Of a DNA stretch of 64,000 nt, positions 50,798-61,249 are shown one piece after another (position 1 is the first letter of the stretch; each line of letters begins with the position of its first letter). The stretch spans positions 1 through 64,000 of the forward strand of contig CAVRBU010000009.1 of assembly GCA_963719315.1 (NCBI GenBank), read 5' to 3'. Below the pieces are notes generated by a model. That model saw only the letters and a list, made by a program, of their open reading frames with translations. It was not told the DNA's origin and did not search any database. The stretch comes from an uncultured Planctomycetota bacterium. GTDB taxonomy: Bacteria; Planctomycetota; Planctomycetia; Pirellulales; Lacipirellulaceae. The translations under genes and the position numbers were made by a program.

Positions 50798-52123
50798 CTA
50801 CTCACCCGTGCTCACCGCCGCTGTGTTGATCGGCCGTTTCTGCGGCATGCTGGCCGGCTCGAACGGCAAGGAGTGAACGTAGTCTACAATCTGCCAAATC
50901 TCCTGCTGCGTCAGCGTGCCCTGGGCGCCTTCGGCCGCCGGACCGCTGGCGGGCATCGGCGTACCGGCGATGCCGGACGAAACTCGCCAGAAAATATCGA
51001 TTGGCCGCCGGCCGCCGCGATAAATTCCCTGGCGCAAATTCCGCGGGATCGCATTGCGCGGCGGCAACATCGTGCCCAACAGAGCACTGCGTTCGTTGTA
51101 TTCCCTCTGCGCGTCGGTAATCTGCTGCCGGATCTGATTCGCGGCGTCACCCTGCGCTTGCGACAGATCAGCCTTCAACGATGCAATCTGGGCCAGCTTG
51201 TCGTTTGTGGCCTTGATGAATTCGTTGTTCGCTTTGCTCCAATTGTCGTAGTCGTCTTGTTGACCGTCGCCCAATGCTGTTGGCCCGTGACATTTCACGC
51301 AGTTTGCCCTCGTGCCGTAAAACAATTCGCGGCCTGCTTTGGTCGAGTCGTCTATTTGCTTCGGCGTGCGACCATCGGGCGGGATAGCCGCCTCTTCGGG
51401 ATTGATGACCTGATCCTTCGCGCCGTTCCACGACTCGACGATCGGGCCGAATAAGTCCTCCATCACTAGCTTGTGCACCGCCAGATCGCCCGCAGGGTCG
51501 AACTTGTCACCGGGATTTAGCTCATCCGCAACGTAACTCTCGAGAGCCGTTTCCATCTGGCCACGCATACTGAGGTACTGTACGTACTCAACGAGCGCGG
51601 AAACTTCATCCGGAGGCAATAAGGCAAACGACGGCATCGCCGTGCCCGGAATGCCTTCGTGAAGAGTTCGAATTAGATCGTCGCGGGTTGGCTCGGCTGC
51701 CGTATACGTGCTTTTGAACTTGAACACGCCGGGACGATAGTCGCGCGGATAGGGGTTGAGTATGGCCGCCGTCGGTCCTCGACCATCGCCCGAAATCCCG
51801 TGGCAATGCACGCAGTGGCGGCGATACAAGCCGTGCTTGCCGCCCGCTTTGTCGCTCCACACCGGACCGGCCGCCATCGTAAGCAATTCTTGGTTAAGCC
51901 CGGTTTCGGGCAATGCAACCGGCTCATCCGGCGTGCCGAACATGGCGCCGAGAATATTCGCGATCGACTCCTGATGTTCGGGCAAAATCTGCTTGGCCAC
52001 CACATTCGGCATGTTCAACCGAAACGGCGGCGGCTCCGACTCGCTGCAACCAGCGACTGCCACCGCTGCGACAGCCACGGCCAGCAATATCGAATCACGT
52101 TTTGAAAACTTACACATCATCAT
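50798..52123 (-). CDS. Diheme cytochrome c lipoprotein
   Basis: Lipobox VAGC; CVHCH and CVKCH; GIPGTAMP and GIAGTPMP. The start is approximate. Confidence 0.88.
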   Translation of the reverse strand: MMMCKFSKRDSILLAVAVAAVAVAGCSESEPPPFRLNMPNVVAKQILPEHQESIANILGAMFGTPDEPVALPETGLNQELLTMAAGPVWSDKAGGKHGLYRRHCVHCHGISGDGRGPTAAILNPYPRDYRPGVFKFKSTYTAAEPTRDDLIRTLHEGIPGTAMPSFALLPPDEVSALVEYVQYLSMRGQMETALESYVADELNPGDKFDPAGDLAVHKLVMEDLFGPIVESWNGAKDQVINPEEAAIPPDGRTPKQIDDSTKAGRELFYGTRANCVKCHGPTALGDGQQDDYDNWSKANNEFIKATNDKLAQIASLKADLSQAQGDAANQIRQQITDAQREYNERSALLGTMLPPRNAIPRNLRQGIYRGGRRPIDIFWRVSSGIAGTPMPASGPAAEGAQGTLTQQEIWQIVDYVHSLPFEPASMPQKRPINTAAVSTGE

Positions 52124-52332
52124 CGGCGGAAATGAACCACAATGGACACAAAGTTCACGAAGGCGAGCGGCGTTTCGCGACCGAACACTTGATCGCCAAT
52201 CGTCATTAACTATCACTAATACAAAAGGAAACCAACTCAAACAAATTAGCGACTATTAGCGTAGATTAGCGTTCAAATAATCTTCTTCTTACTCTTGGTG
52301 ACTTTAGTGGTGAATTGATTTTATGCGTATAC

Positions 52333-53247
52333 CTACAACCTGAAAGCCGTGGGCGGAACGACAACCTTTATTTCTTTCACTTCATCCGGTTTGAGCGTCA
52401 CGGCCAGGCGGCCGCGGTTCGACCATTTGAGATCCGGCGCGTCGGCCGTCGTGCCGACCAGGCCTTGGCCAGGGGCGGCGCCACTTTCGTGCCAGACCTG
52501 GAACTCGAGCGGTTCGCCGGCCGGTACGTTCGCGATCTCGAATTTGCCGTCCGCATCCGTAACCGCAAAGTAGCCGTTCTTGCGCGGCAGCATCCAGGCC
52601 GTCATCCAGGGATGGATACTGCATGTCACTTTGTTCGGCTGCTGCGATTCCTTTTGAATCTTGTAAGGAATTGCCCCACCGGCCGGAATCAACTGGTTGA
52701 ATCCGCTGCCGAGGATATTCGTGTTATGGCCAGTCGGATCGCTGTTCTTGATATCGAGCGATTGACCCACGGTGAGGCCCACGACGTGCGTCTGAAACAC
52801 GCAATGCTTCTGATCAAATTCGACCGGATCGGTCTTGGGTTTGGCCGACTCATGCACCCGCGACGCATCGCGCAGGAAGACAACCACGTTCTTGATCGCC
52901 TTCGAGTCGGGTGCCACGACCAGCGTTTCCTGCCGCGGATCCTGCCCGTTGATCGAACAGATTTCATGCTCCTTGGTCACGTTGTACGGCGGCATTTTCG
53001 GCGGATCGCCGCCATACACGAATTGACCCTTGAGCGTGGCCCAACCGGTACCGGTCGGGGCCGCCGCCTTCTCGCCGCCTTCCGCCTTGCCGGCCAGCAG
53101 CACCTCGCGGATCGCCTTCACCGAGGTCGCGTTGGCCACGGGACCGAGTTTGGAGCTGCTGTTGCAGCCAACCAGCATCGTGGCGGCAACCGCGATGACG
53201 CCTAGAGAGCGAATTGAGGTGAAATATCGTTTCATCGCTTCTATCAA
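52333..53247 (-). CDS. Cupredoxin-like lipoprotein with carboxypeptidase-regulatory-like beta domain
   Basis: Lipobox LVGC; NSDPTGHNTN...CSIHPWM; AVTDADGKFEI. Confidence 0.8.
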   Translation of the reverse strand: MIEAMKRYFTSIRSLGVIAVAATMLVGCNSSSKLGPVANATSVKAIREVLLAGKAEGGEKAAAPTGTGWATLKGQFVYGGDPPKMPPYNVTKEHEICSINGQDPRQETLVVAPDSKAIKNVVVFLRDASRVHESAKPKTDPVEFDQKHCVFQTHVVGLTVGQSLDIKNSDPTGHNTNILGSGFNQLIPAGGAIPYKIQKESQQPNKVTCSIHPWMTAWMLPRKNGYFAVTDADGKFEIANVPAGEPLEFQVWHESGAAPGQGLVGTTADAPDLKWSNRGRLAVTLKPDEVKEIKVVVPPTAFRL

Positions 53248-53298
53248 CTGATGTCGAACTACAACCTACGACTAACTGACGGATAATGAACGATGCCC

Positions 53299-54084
53299 TT
53301 ACGGCTTCAACATGTTGGCCGGTACCTTGATATCGCCCAAATCGAGCGTTTTGCCGGCTTCGATCTTAAGTTTGGCCCGACCGCGATTGTCCGTCTTGCC
53401 GCCCTTTAACGTCACCATCTTCAAATAGCCGGCCGCCTCGTGCCAAAATTGAAACTCGTGTTCGCCGACCGGGATGTCCTTGATCTCGAACGTGCCGTCG
53501 TCGCCCGCAACCGTCATGTAGGGATGGTCCAGCGACAGAATCCAACCCTTCATGAAGGGATGGATGTTGCAAGCGACCTGGGTCGGGAGCGGACTGGCAA
53601 CGCTGGCTTTCACCGGGACTGTCGCGCCTGCTGGAATGACTTGGTTGAAGGAAAAGACTGCCACGTTGGTATTGTGACCGACTGGGTCGGAGTTCTTGAT
53701 GTCTAACATCTGGCCGACTCGCACCATCGTAACGTGCGGATGAAATGCACAATTCTTATTATCGAGCTCAACAGGCTTCTTGTACGCCGCTTCGTATTCA
53801 GGATTGATTTCGACCTTCGGTGCACCCGACGCGACTCGCAGATACACAACAGCATTCACCAGCGCGTTATTCTTCCCAACGACGATTTCCTCGTTCACCG
53901 GCTTCTTCATTTGGCAGAACGGATCCTTAGAGGCGTCGAGCGGCGTCAGCTTGGGCGGCGTGCCTTCGAGAAGGATTCGCCCCTTGAGCGATCCCCACCC
54001 CGCCGCCTGGACCACGCACGAAACGTGCAACGCCAACCACGAAATCGCGACCACAACCGATGCCTTCATAATGTTCTTCAACAT
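53299..54084 (-). CDS. Cupredoxin-like secreted protein (paralogue of the neighbouring gene)
   Basis: Signal peptide; NSDPVGHNTN...CNIHPFM; DDGTFEIKDIP. Confidence 0.8.
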   Translation of the reverse strand: MLKNIMKASVVVAISWLALHVSCVVQAAGWGSLKGRILLEGTPPKLTPLDASKDPFCQMKKPVNEEIVVGKNNALVNAVVYLRVASGAPKVEINPEYEAAYKKPVELDNKNCAFHPHVTMVRVGQMLDIKNSDPVGHNTNVAVFSFNQVIPAGATVPVKASVASPLPTQVACNIHPFMKGWILSLDHPYMTVAGDDGTFEIKDIPVGEHEFQFWHEAAGYLKMVTLKGGKTDNRGRAKLKIEAGKTLDLGDIKVPANMLKP

Positions 54085-54211
54085 GTTGCGACTCTTTCAC
54101 CGAACTGCGGGCCCGCCTGCGGGCCGGCGTAATAGGTCAACCATCGTGGTCTCTGTTAAGCGCGGGCCTCGTCTGCCGCGCGACAAAATACGATACTCTG
54201 TTTCTATTAAA

Positions 54212-57200
54212 TTACTGTTGGGCCGATGTGTTGTTCGGTGGCTTGGCCGCCGCTGGCGGCTGTTTGCCGGCCGGTGCCTCGCCACCCGGCGGCGGCTCCT
54301 TCACCAGTCCCTTCACCGAAGTTTGGCGACGAGTGTACTCGTCGAAATTCATCAGCAAATCCACCACGCCTTCCAATTGCGCCGTGCTAGGACCAGCGAA
54401 CAACGCTTGATTGACGCCGCCAAAATTCGGCGGCGCCGGATCGTACGGGATGTTCACGGGCATGCCGGTGTACGGCAAAATCCGCTGCGGATTAGCCACC
54501 CAGCGGTGCACGTATTCTGGCCGCAGCCGGCGATACACCTGATCCAAATTCGGCCCCGACGTCTTTATCGCGCCGCGCACCTGGTAGTCGCCCACTGAGT
54601 GGCACTTCACGCAGTAGTTGCTATCCGTGACGATTTTCATGGCATCCGTCAGTAGCGCCGGATGCGTTTGCTCTAGTTCGGCCAGATATCCGCTTCGCCG
54701 ACGAACGTTGTACTCATACGGGAACTCGGAGTCCGACACCGCGGCGAAATAATCGACCAACCTGCTGGCCTCGTCACTCGACATGTGGAAATTCGGCATC
54801 CGCAGTACGACGGCCGGACGAATCTGCGTCGGATCCATCAAGAAGTCGTGCAACCAATTGGTTTGGACCTTTTCCCCTTCATGGTGTAGCGGCGGCGGCA
54901 ACCAGCCCCAGGCCTCCGCGGCCACGACATTGGGATTGTTTTTCTTCTCCTCCGCCACGACGCGCGGATAGAGGTATTTGGCCAGGTCGCCGCCTAGACC
55001 GGGGAACGCCTTACCGCGGGCCGGACCCTTGCCGTCGATCGTGGCGGGGATTTTCAAGTTCTGTAGGCCGACTTTACGCACTTCGCCGTTGACTACCGCG
55101 GGCCGGAACGGAATGAACTCGAAGAACCGCGGCGATTCCTTGTCATCCGGCTCGATCGGCACTCCGTCCTCATCGACCAGCCGTGGTTTGCCGCTTGTTT
55201 CATCGCGGGCCGGCATGCCGTGCAACTCGGCGTGCAGGAAGCCACGCTTATCGGTAGTAACGGATGCCTTGAGTTGCTCCGGCGTAACGACCGGCTGCAG
55301 GAACGGGTAATCGTTCGTCGTAGCCGGCGCATCGAATTGATTTGGCATGAAGGCGATGTCCCAGCGATCCATGTTCAGGATGTGACACCCCGCGCAATTG
55401 TATTTATCCAACACGTGGCGACCTTGGACGATTGCTTGCTGGCGCAGACTCGGCTGGTAAATGTATTTCGATGCCGGCGCCTCGTTCGTCAGGCCGAGAA
55501 CGAACGTCATTACGGCCTCGCGCTCGGCCGCATCGAACGGGAACTTCGGCATGCGGAGCCGTTCGTCGTATCGCTTCGTGCGGGTCGCTTCGTAGTCAAA
55601 GCTCCGCGGCATCCGCAGTTTCTGCCACAGGAAGCCGTTCCGCTCGTGGCTGCCGAGTGATTGCAGAAAGTAGGCAGTGTCCGCGTCGTACTTGTCATCG
55701 AGCGGATTGATGCCATGGCCTTCTTCGTCTTCGCCGTTCGCCTTGACTCCATGATTGGCGGCCAGTGCCAGCGGGCCAACTCCCGTGCCGGCTGCATGAT
55801 GCGTTGCCCCACCGGCGGCTGCTTTGTTCCCGTGTCGCTGCGGCACGAACTCGCCATGCATCGCCAGGAATTCATTGACGTTCTCGAACGCCAGTTGAGC
55901 CGGATCCTTGCGGCCCCAACCCGCAAGCGGCGTACCGATCGGCTTCGCTGTTTCGTAACCGGGGATGTCGTGGCAGCCAAAGCAACCATACCGACCGATC
56001 GAGCGTCGGCCCACGTAATCCAACTGCCGCTGGGCGCGATCGTGCTCGTCCTTGAACGGCCCGATCAACACGCGCTCGTCCACTTTAACCGATGACGCGA
56101 GTTCCGGCGCGATGCCCTCTTTGGCATACTTTTCAGCCCGCAACTTCGGGAACGACGCCGAGAGCCAGACCGTCGTCAGATCGTTGAGCGCCTGCAATTC
56201 GTCGGCCGAAAGATCGGGGCCAGCCGACGTAATTTCGGGCTTCCAATCGGTCGGCACGCTTAGCAGGAATGCCCTGATATCGGCCGCAGGGTCGGAAACT
56301 TTGCCCGTCGCGTTGCCGGCCGAGTCCATTTCCGCAATCGGATCGAGGAACAAATTCGGCATCGCTGTTCGCGGATAGTAGTGATTCGGCGCCTTCAGCC
56401 AACTATAAAGCCACTGCTGGCCCTTCGGCGTGTTGAGCTTCGCAGCCAGTCGCGACAAATCGGGGCCCTGAGTTGAATGGATGCCAGGAAAGTCTTTGTG
56501 AGAATGGCACGCCAGGCACCCGCGCATTTCGAACAGCAATTTGCCGCGCTCAGGGGACGGCAACTCCGTGATGCCTTTCGGCTGGCCAATGTATTCGAAC
56601 GGTTGGCTGTTGGCCAGCAGGAACTGAGCCAACGCGCGGATTTCGATTTGCTCGAATCGCTGTGTGTATTCAAGGTCCGTAATCGACTGCTCGTTGCCGG
56701 CCGCATCGCGTATCTTGAATGCCTTATCGACATTGTTCAAATGTTCATAATTCAAGAAGAACTGCGGCATCCGTGTGGACGGCCGAAAGTCCGAGGGCTT
56801 GCGAATCCAACTGGCGACCCAGGAAAAATCGACCTTCGAATTGAGATGACGCAAGCTCGGGCCAACCTTGCGGAACGCACCGGGCGTGTCCACATCCTTG
56901 AGTGCATCGGCGAGTGCGTGCGTGGCAGGAGTCAGGCGCGGCTTAGCCGCCGGTTGAGCCCCGTCCTCACCGGATTTCTTCCCCGCGTTTGCGTCGGCCT
57001 GAATCGACCGCATTAGCTCGCTACGGGCTTCGTTCTCAGTCGGCTGCGCGACAACCTTCAAAGCCATTTCGCGCTCAGCCGGGCTTAGACCGGGATCGGT
57101 CAGAATCTGTTTGCTAACCTCGGCGAAATTCGGCTCTAGGCGCAAATCGGGGCCCGTGCGTTTCGTCGGCCCGTCGAAGCCCGTGATTTCGTGGCAACCA

Positions 57201-58853
57201 TAGCAGCCGTATTGGCGGACCAGATTGTAGCCTTCCACCAACTTCGGCGCCGGCGGCTCGGGGAACCGCTCGCTCGGTTCGAGATCCACGACTTCGTGAT
57301 GGCACTTCAGGCAATTGCTCTCGATGAATCGGTCGGGCGTCATGGGGAAACTCCAATGATGGTTGTCGAACCAACCATACTCACGCGACCAATCGAGTCC
57401 CTGGTGTGGATCGTTCGGCGTGTGTGACGCCCACTTGAAATCGGTGGCGCTGCCCTGTCCGTCGTGGCAAATTGTGCAGCCCATTTCACCCTTCTTGTGC
57501 GGGCTCGTGGGACCGACGAATAAATCAAGCCGAGGATGGGATGTGAACGGCTGATCCAACCCGCGGCGAATCTTCACCTCCAGCGGCTTGCCCCATTCGA
57601 CGACCTCCAACAGGTAATGGAACACGTCTTCCTGCGCGGTGATCGGGCCGCCGTTCACTTCCAGCAGGATGTCGCCCATCTGCAAGCCAGCGACGGCAGC
57701 CACACTTTGCGGCGACACAACTTGAATCGTTACGGCGCTAGCTTCCACCTGCCCGCGGCGCAAGCACAATGCCGTAATTCAGGGCAAGCGCATCCGCTGG
57801 GCTTGATTCGGCAACGGACTTCGGAGCTTCTTTGGGCGTCGCCAGTTGTAGCAAGCGTTCGCGTTCGCTGCGCGGAATCGCCGGGTAGGCCGGTTCCGTC
57901 GCTGACCGCGGCGCCGTCTTGTCGATTGCCCGATGGCAAACGATGCAACGGTCGTATCGGGCAACTGAACTGAAGTTGTAGTTGATCTTCATGTCCGGCA
58001 GCCAAATCTGGTCGAGCTTGATATTGCCGGTGTAAAGTGCGTCCAGAACAGGGCCGCGGTTGATCCATTCGCCGGCCGAGTTTGAGAATTTACCGAGGTT
58101 TTCGCGAAGCAGATTTTGCTCCTTTTGCAGAGCGGCGATTTGATTCTTCCAACCCAGTTCGTCGGATTGGATCTGCTTCACGACCCCTTCCAATGCGATC
58201 CGGTAGTCCTTGGCCGCGGCCACCGAGGCATCGAGCTGCGCAATTTGATCCCGCAGGCTTTCGATTTCCCCCTCGACTTGCTGGGTTGGTTTTCCTTCGC
58301 CAACCAAGATTCCGCGCGCGCTAATGGCCGCCGTTTGATCGGCCGCCTTGAATTTTTTCTTCGTCAACAGCGCACTTTCCCGACGCTTGGCTTCGCGTAT
58401 GAAATCGTTCATGCCATCGATCACGGTTTGTCGAGCGCTTGCCGCGTCGTCGCTCCCGGTTTCCGCGGCGCTCAGCTTCGCCATCGCGTTGTCGAGACTC
58501 GTAAAACTCGCGGGCGTTTCCGAAATCTGAGCGTCCTTAAGCCGCTTATCTTCCGTCAGCACCTTATCCTTGAAGTCCTCCACCAAGCGGACATCAATCG
58601 TCTTGCTGCGCGAGGCGATCAAGTCTTTCTGCAAGCGATCGAGAGCGACCGTCGAATCGGCCTGAGCTTGGGCCAACTGGGCCTGAATCGTCCAACCCTC
58701 GCGAGCTCGATCGTCCAACTGCCACTTCCGCCATTCGCGATTGTGGTCTTTGGCCAGCATCCAAATCGTGGCGCCCAGCATCACGAGCGCAGAGATGCCA
58801 AACAGCACATGCATCATCGCCTGATCGCGCCAAGTTTTTTCAGTTGCGGGCAT
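54212..58853 (-). CDS. Large octaheme cytochrome c with N-terminal TM, coiled coil and PDZ domain (frameshift ~57750)
   Basis: Eight CxxCH motifs (CIVCH, CTICH, CLKCH, CYGCH, CLACH, CFGCH, CAGCH, CVKCH) and a PDZ-like AAVAGLQMGDILLEVNG. About 1550 aa when joined. Confidence 0.88.
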
Positions 58854-58930
58854 GGGTCAGAGCAAGGAGCAAGGAGCGGAGAGCATGGAGAAAAACACAG
58901 CCGCGATGCTACGCATCGCCGGCAAACACC

Positions 58931-60382
58931 CTAAAAATTCAAGAAATACTCCGGAATCGCAATCAAATACTTCAGGTTGAACGACCACCGCAAAACCATC
59001 TTGATCGGCAGCGCCGCCATGAACAGCAGCAAGTTCGCGAGTACCATATACCGGATGAAACCCATCCGCTGATAAAACTTCCGCAGCACGGTGATTGCCA
59101 TCATCGGCGGCAACGCCAGGAAATAACCGAGCACCAACAGCGTACCGGGTAGTTCACGAGTGAACAGGATCGCCACGAACTGCGACATCGGTTGCAACCA
59201 GCTCGATATCCACGAAGGCAGATCGGTCGCCATCCATTGCAACTGCGGCACCGCCGGCAGGCTTCTGCCCAGCCACCACTGCCAAAAGTATTCCGATAAG
59301 TTCACGTTGTTCAGCGCTTCGACCTTGTGCGCATCCCAAGGTTCGTAAGGACCGAAGAAATTCCAGTTCGGACCGCGCAGCAGCGTCCCCAGCACAATGA
59401 GCGTCACCCACAACTCGAGAAACCCGAGTTGGAATGTGATGTATGCGAACCGCCGCTGTTTGATCGTGTAGTAGCCGTTGCCTTCCTTGTTGAAGTCGAT
59501 GTACGGAATCGCCATCAATCCCACGACAATCAGGCTCGGCAACACGACGCCCGCCATCCACGGATCGTAATACACGAGCATTTCCTGTAAGCCCAGGAAG
59601 TACCACGGGGCCTTCGATGGGTTCGGCGTCTTTACGCTGCTAGCCGGCTCTTCGAGCGGCGCTTGAAGCCAAATGGCCCAGAAGATCAGGGCCGCAGTGA
59701 TTGCGATCATGCAAATCATCTCGGTGTAAACCAAGTCGGGCCACACCAGAATTTTCTCGTCATCCAGCTTCTCTAGAGGTGGTTCACCAGCTTCCATCCG
59801 CCGGTCATTCTCCACGGCGCGATAGGTCGCGAGCCACGTAAAGAACGCCAGCAAGAAAACGAGTGCCACGATCGGCACGTTATCCGGCTTGGCCACGATC
59901 GCGAAAAAGTTTTCGTCTGGCATCGACAAGGCCAGAAACAGCAGCATTAGGTTCCAAATGCTCCAGGCAATCGCCGGCCGCACGAACCACGAGCGGAACA
60001 CGAACAGTATTACCAAGACCGTCGTGGTTCCCAACGTATAAATGACGGGCCCCGTGTGCGCGTTGACCGTGTCCCGAAATACCTGTGGCATCCGCGGCAA
60101 CATGCTGACGCTCTGCGTGGCGCCGGCAGCCATCGAGGCCATGATCACGAACGCGAACGCCACGATGGTCCACACTAGTGCATTGGTGATCGGCACGGTG
60201 AAACCGGGGAACCGCAGCCTGAAATACGTCACCGGGCCTAATTTTTGCCACATCAGAAATGCCGCGATCCCGTTCATCGCCGCCAGCGCCAAGTAAAACG
60301 GCACCAAGAACGATGAAACCGATTCGGCGAACTGTTGTGGGGAAATTCCGTGCATTTTCTTAGCGATGGCCGCGAGGCACAA
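58931..60382 (-). CDS. Cytochrome b/b6 subunit IV-like protein with extra TM helices
   Basis: VWPDLVYTE, APLEEPA...TPNPSKAPWYFLGLQE, IPYID. The start is uncertain. Confidence 0.85.
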   Translation of the reverse strand: MCLAAIAKKMHGISPQQFAESVSSFLVPFYLALAAMNGIAAFLMWQKLGPVTYFRLRFPGFTVPITNALVWTIVAFAFVIMASMAAGATQSVSMLPRMPQVFRDTVNAHTGPVIYTLGTTTVLVILFVFRSWFVRPAIAWSIWNLMLLFLALSMPDENFFAIVAKPDNVPIVALVFLLAFFTWLATYRAVENDRRMEAGEPPLEKLDDEKILVWPDLVYTEMICMIAITAALIFWAIWLQAPLEEPASSVKTPNPSKAPWYFLGLQEMLVYYDPWMAGVVLPSLIVVGLMAIPYIDFNKEGNGYYTIKQRRFAYITFQLGFLELWVTLIVLGTLLRGPNWNFFGPYEPWDAHKVEALNNVNLSEYFWQWWLGRSLPAVPQLQWMATDLPSWISSWLQPMSQFVAILFTRELPGTLLVLGYFLALPPMMAITVLRKFYQRMGFIRYMVLANLLLFMAALPIKMVLRWSFNLKYLIAIPEYFLNF

Positions 60383-60444
60383 TTGCTTTCGGTAACGTAT
60401 GCCCTAGGGTGTCGGCGAAGCCGCCGACTCCAAACACCCTTCAA

Positions 60445-61218
60445 CTACAATGGCCCGCTGATGCCGCCGTCCTTGCGCATGCGCCAGAAGTGGATGGCCA
60501 ACAACAACGAAACCGCCAAAGGAATGGCAATACAGTGCAAAATGTAAAAACGATTGAGCGTTTCTTCGCCTACGTTGCGCGCGCCTAACAATGCAAAGCG
60601 CGCATCGCTACCGCTTGTAATCATGGGATAGCCCAGCGTCAGCAATTGGTGCCCCGGACCTTCATGTCCCAGGATCGGAGTTGCCCGGGCCATATTCGAA
60701 CCGACTGTGATCGCCCACACCGCCAATTGATCCCACGGCAGCAAATAGCCTGTGAAAGAAAGCAGCAGCGTGAGCAGCAGCAATATGACACCGACGACCC
60801 AGTTAAACTCACGCGGCGGTTTGTAGCTGCCCGTCAGAAACACGCGATACATGTGGAGCCATACGGTGATCACCATTGCATGGGCGCCCCACCGATGAAT
60901 CTCGCGCATGATGCCTAACGAATAGATATCGCGCAAAGCAGTGATATCGTTGTAAGCCCACTCCAGCGTCGGGCGGTAATAAAACATCAGCAACACGCCG
61001 GTCACCGTCTCGACCAGAAACAAGAAAAACGTGACGCCGCCCATGCACCACGTATATGAGAGAGCGATCCCCTGCTTTTTGATCGAGACCGGGTGGAGAT
61101 GCAGAAAGAAATTCGTCAGCATCACCACGATCCGGTTGCGTCGATCAACGGGCATCGGGTGCCGAAAGATACTCTTCCATATCTGAGATTCGGTGATGAT
61201 TTCGCCTAGTCCTGCCAT
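60445..61218 (-). CDS. petB: Cytochrome b6 (N-terminal half of split cytochrome b)
   Basis: WCMGG, TGVLLMFYY, REIHRWGAHAM, HMYRVF, TGYLLPWDQ, RFYILH. Confidence 0.92.
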   Translation of the reverse strand: MAGLGEIITESQIWKSIFRHPMPVDRRNRIVVMLTNFFLHLHPVSIKKQGIALSYTWCMGGVTFFLFLVETVTGVLLMFYYRPTLEWAYNDITALRDIYSLGIMREIHRWGAHAMVITVWLHMYRVFLTGSYKPPREFNWVVGVILLLLTLLLSFTGYLLPWDQLAVWAITVGSNMARATPILGHEGPGHQLLTLGYPMITSGSDARFALLGARNVGEETLNRFYILHCIAIPLAVSLLLAIHFWRMRKDGGISGPL

Positions 61219-61249
61219 GTCTCTTAATTCTTTCCTGAGCCCTGAAACG

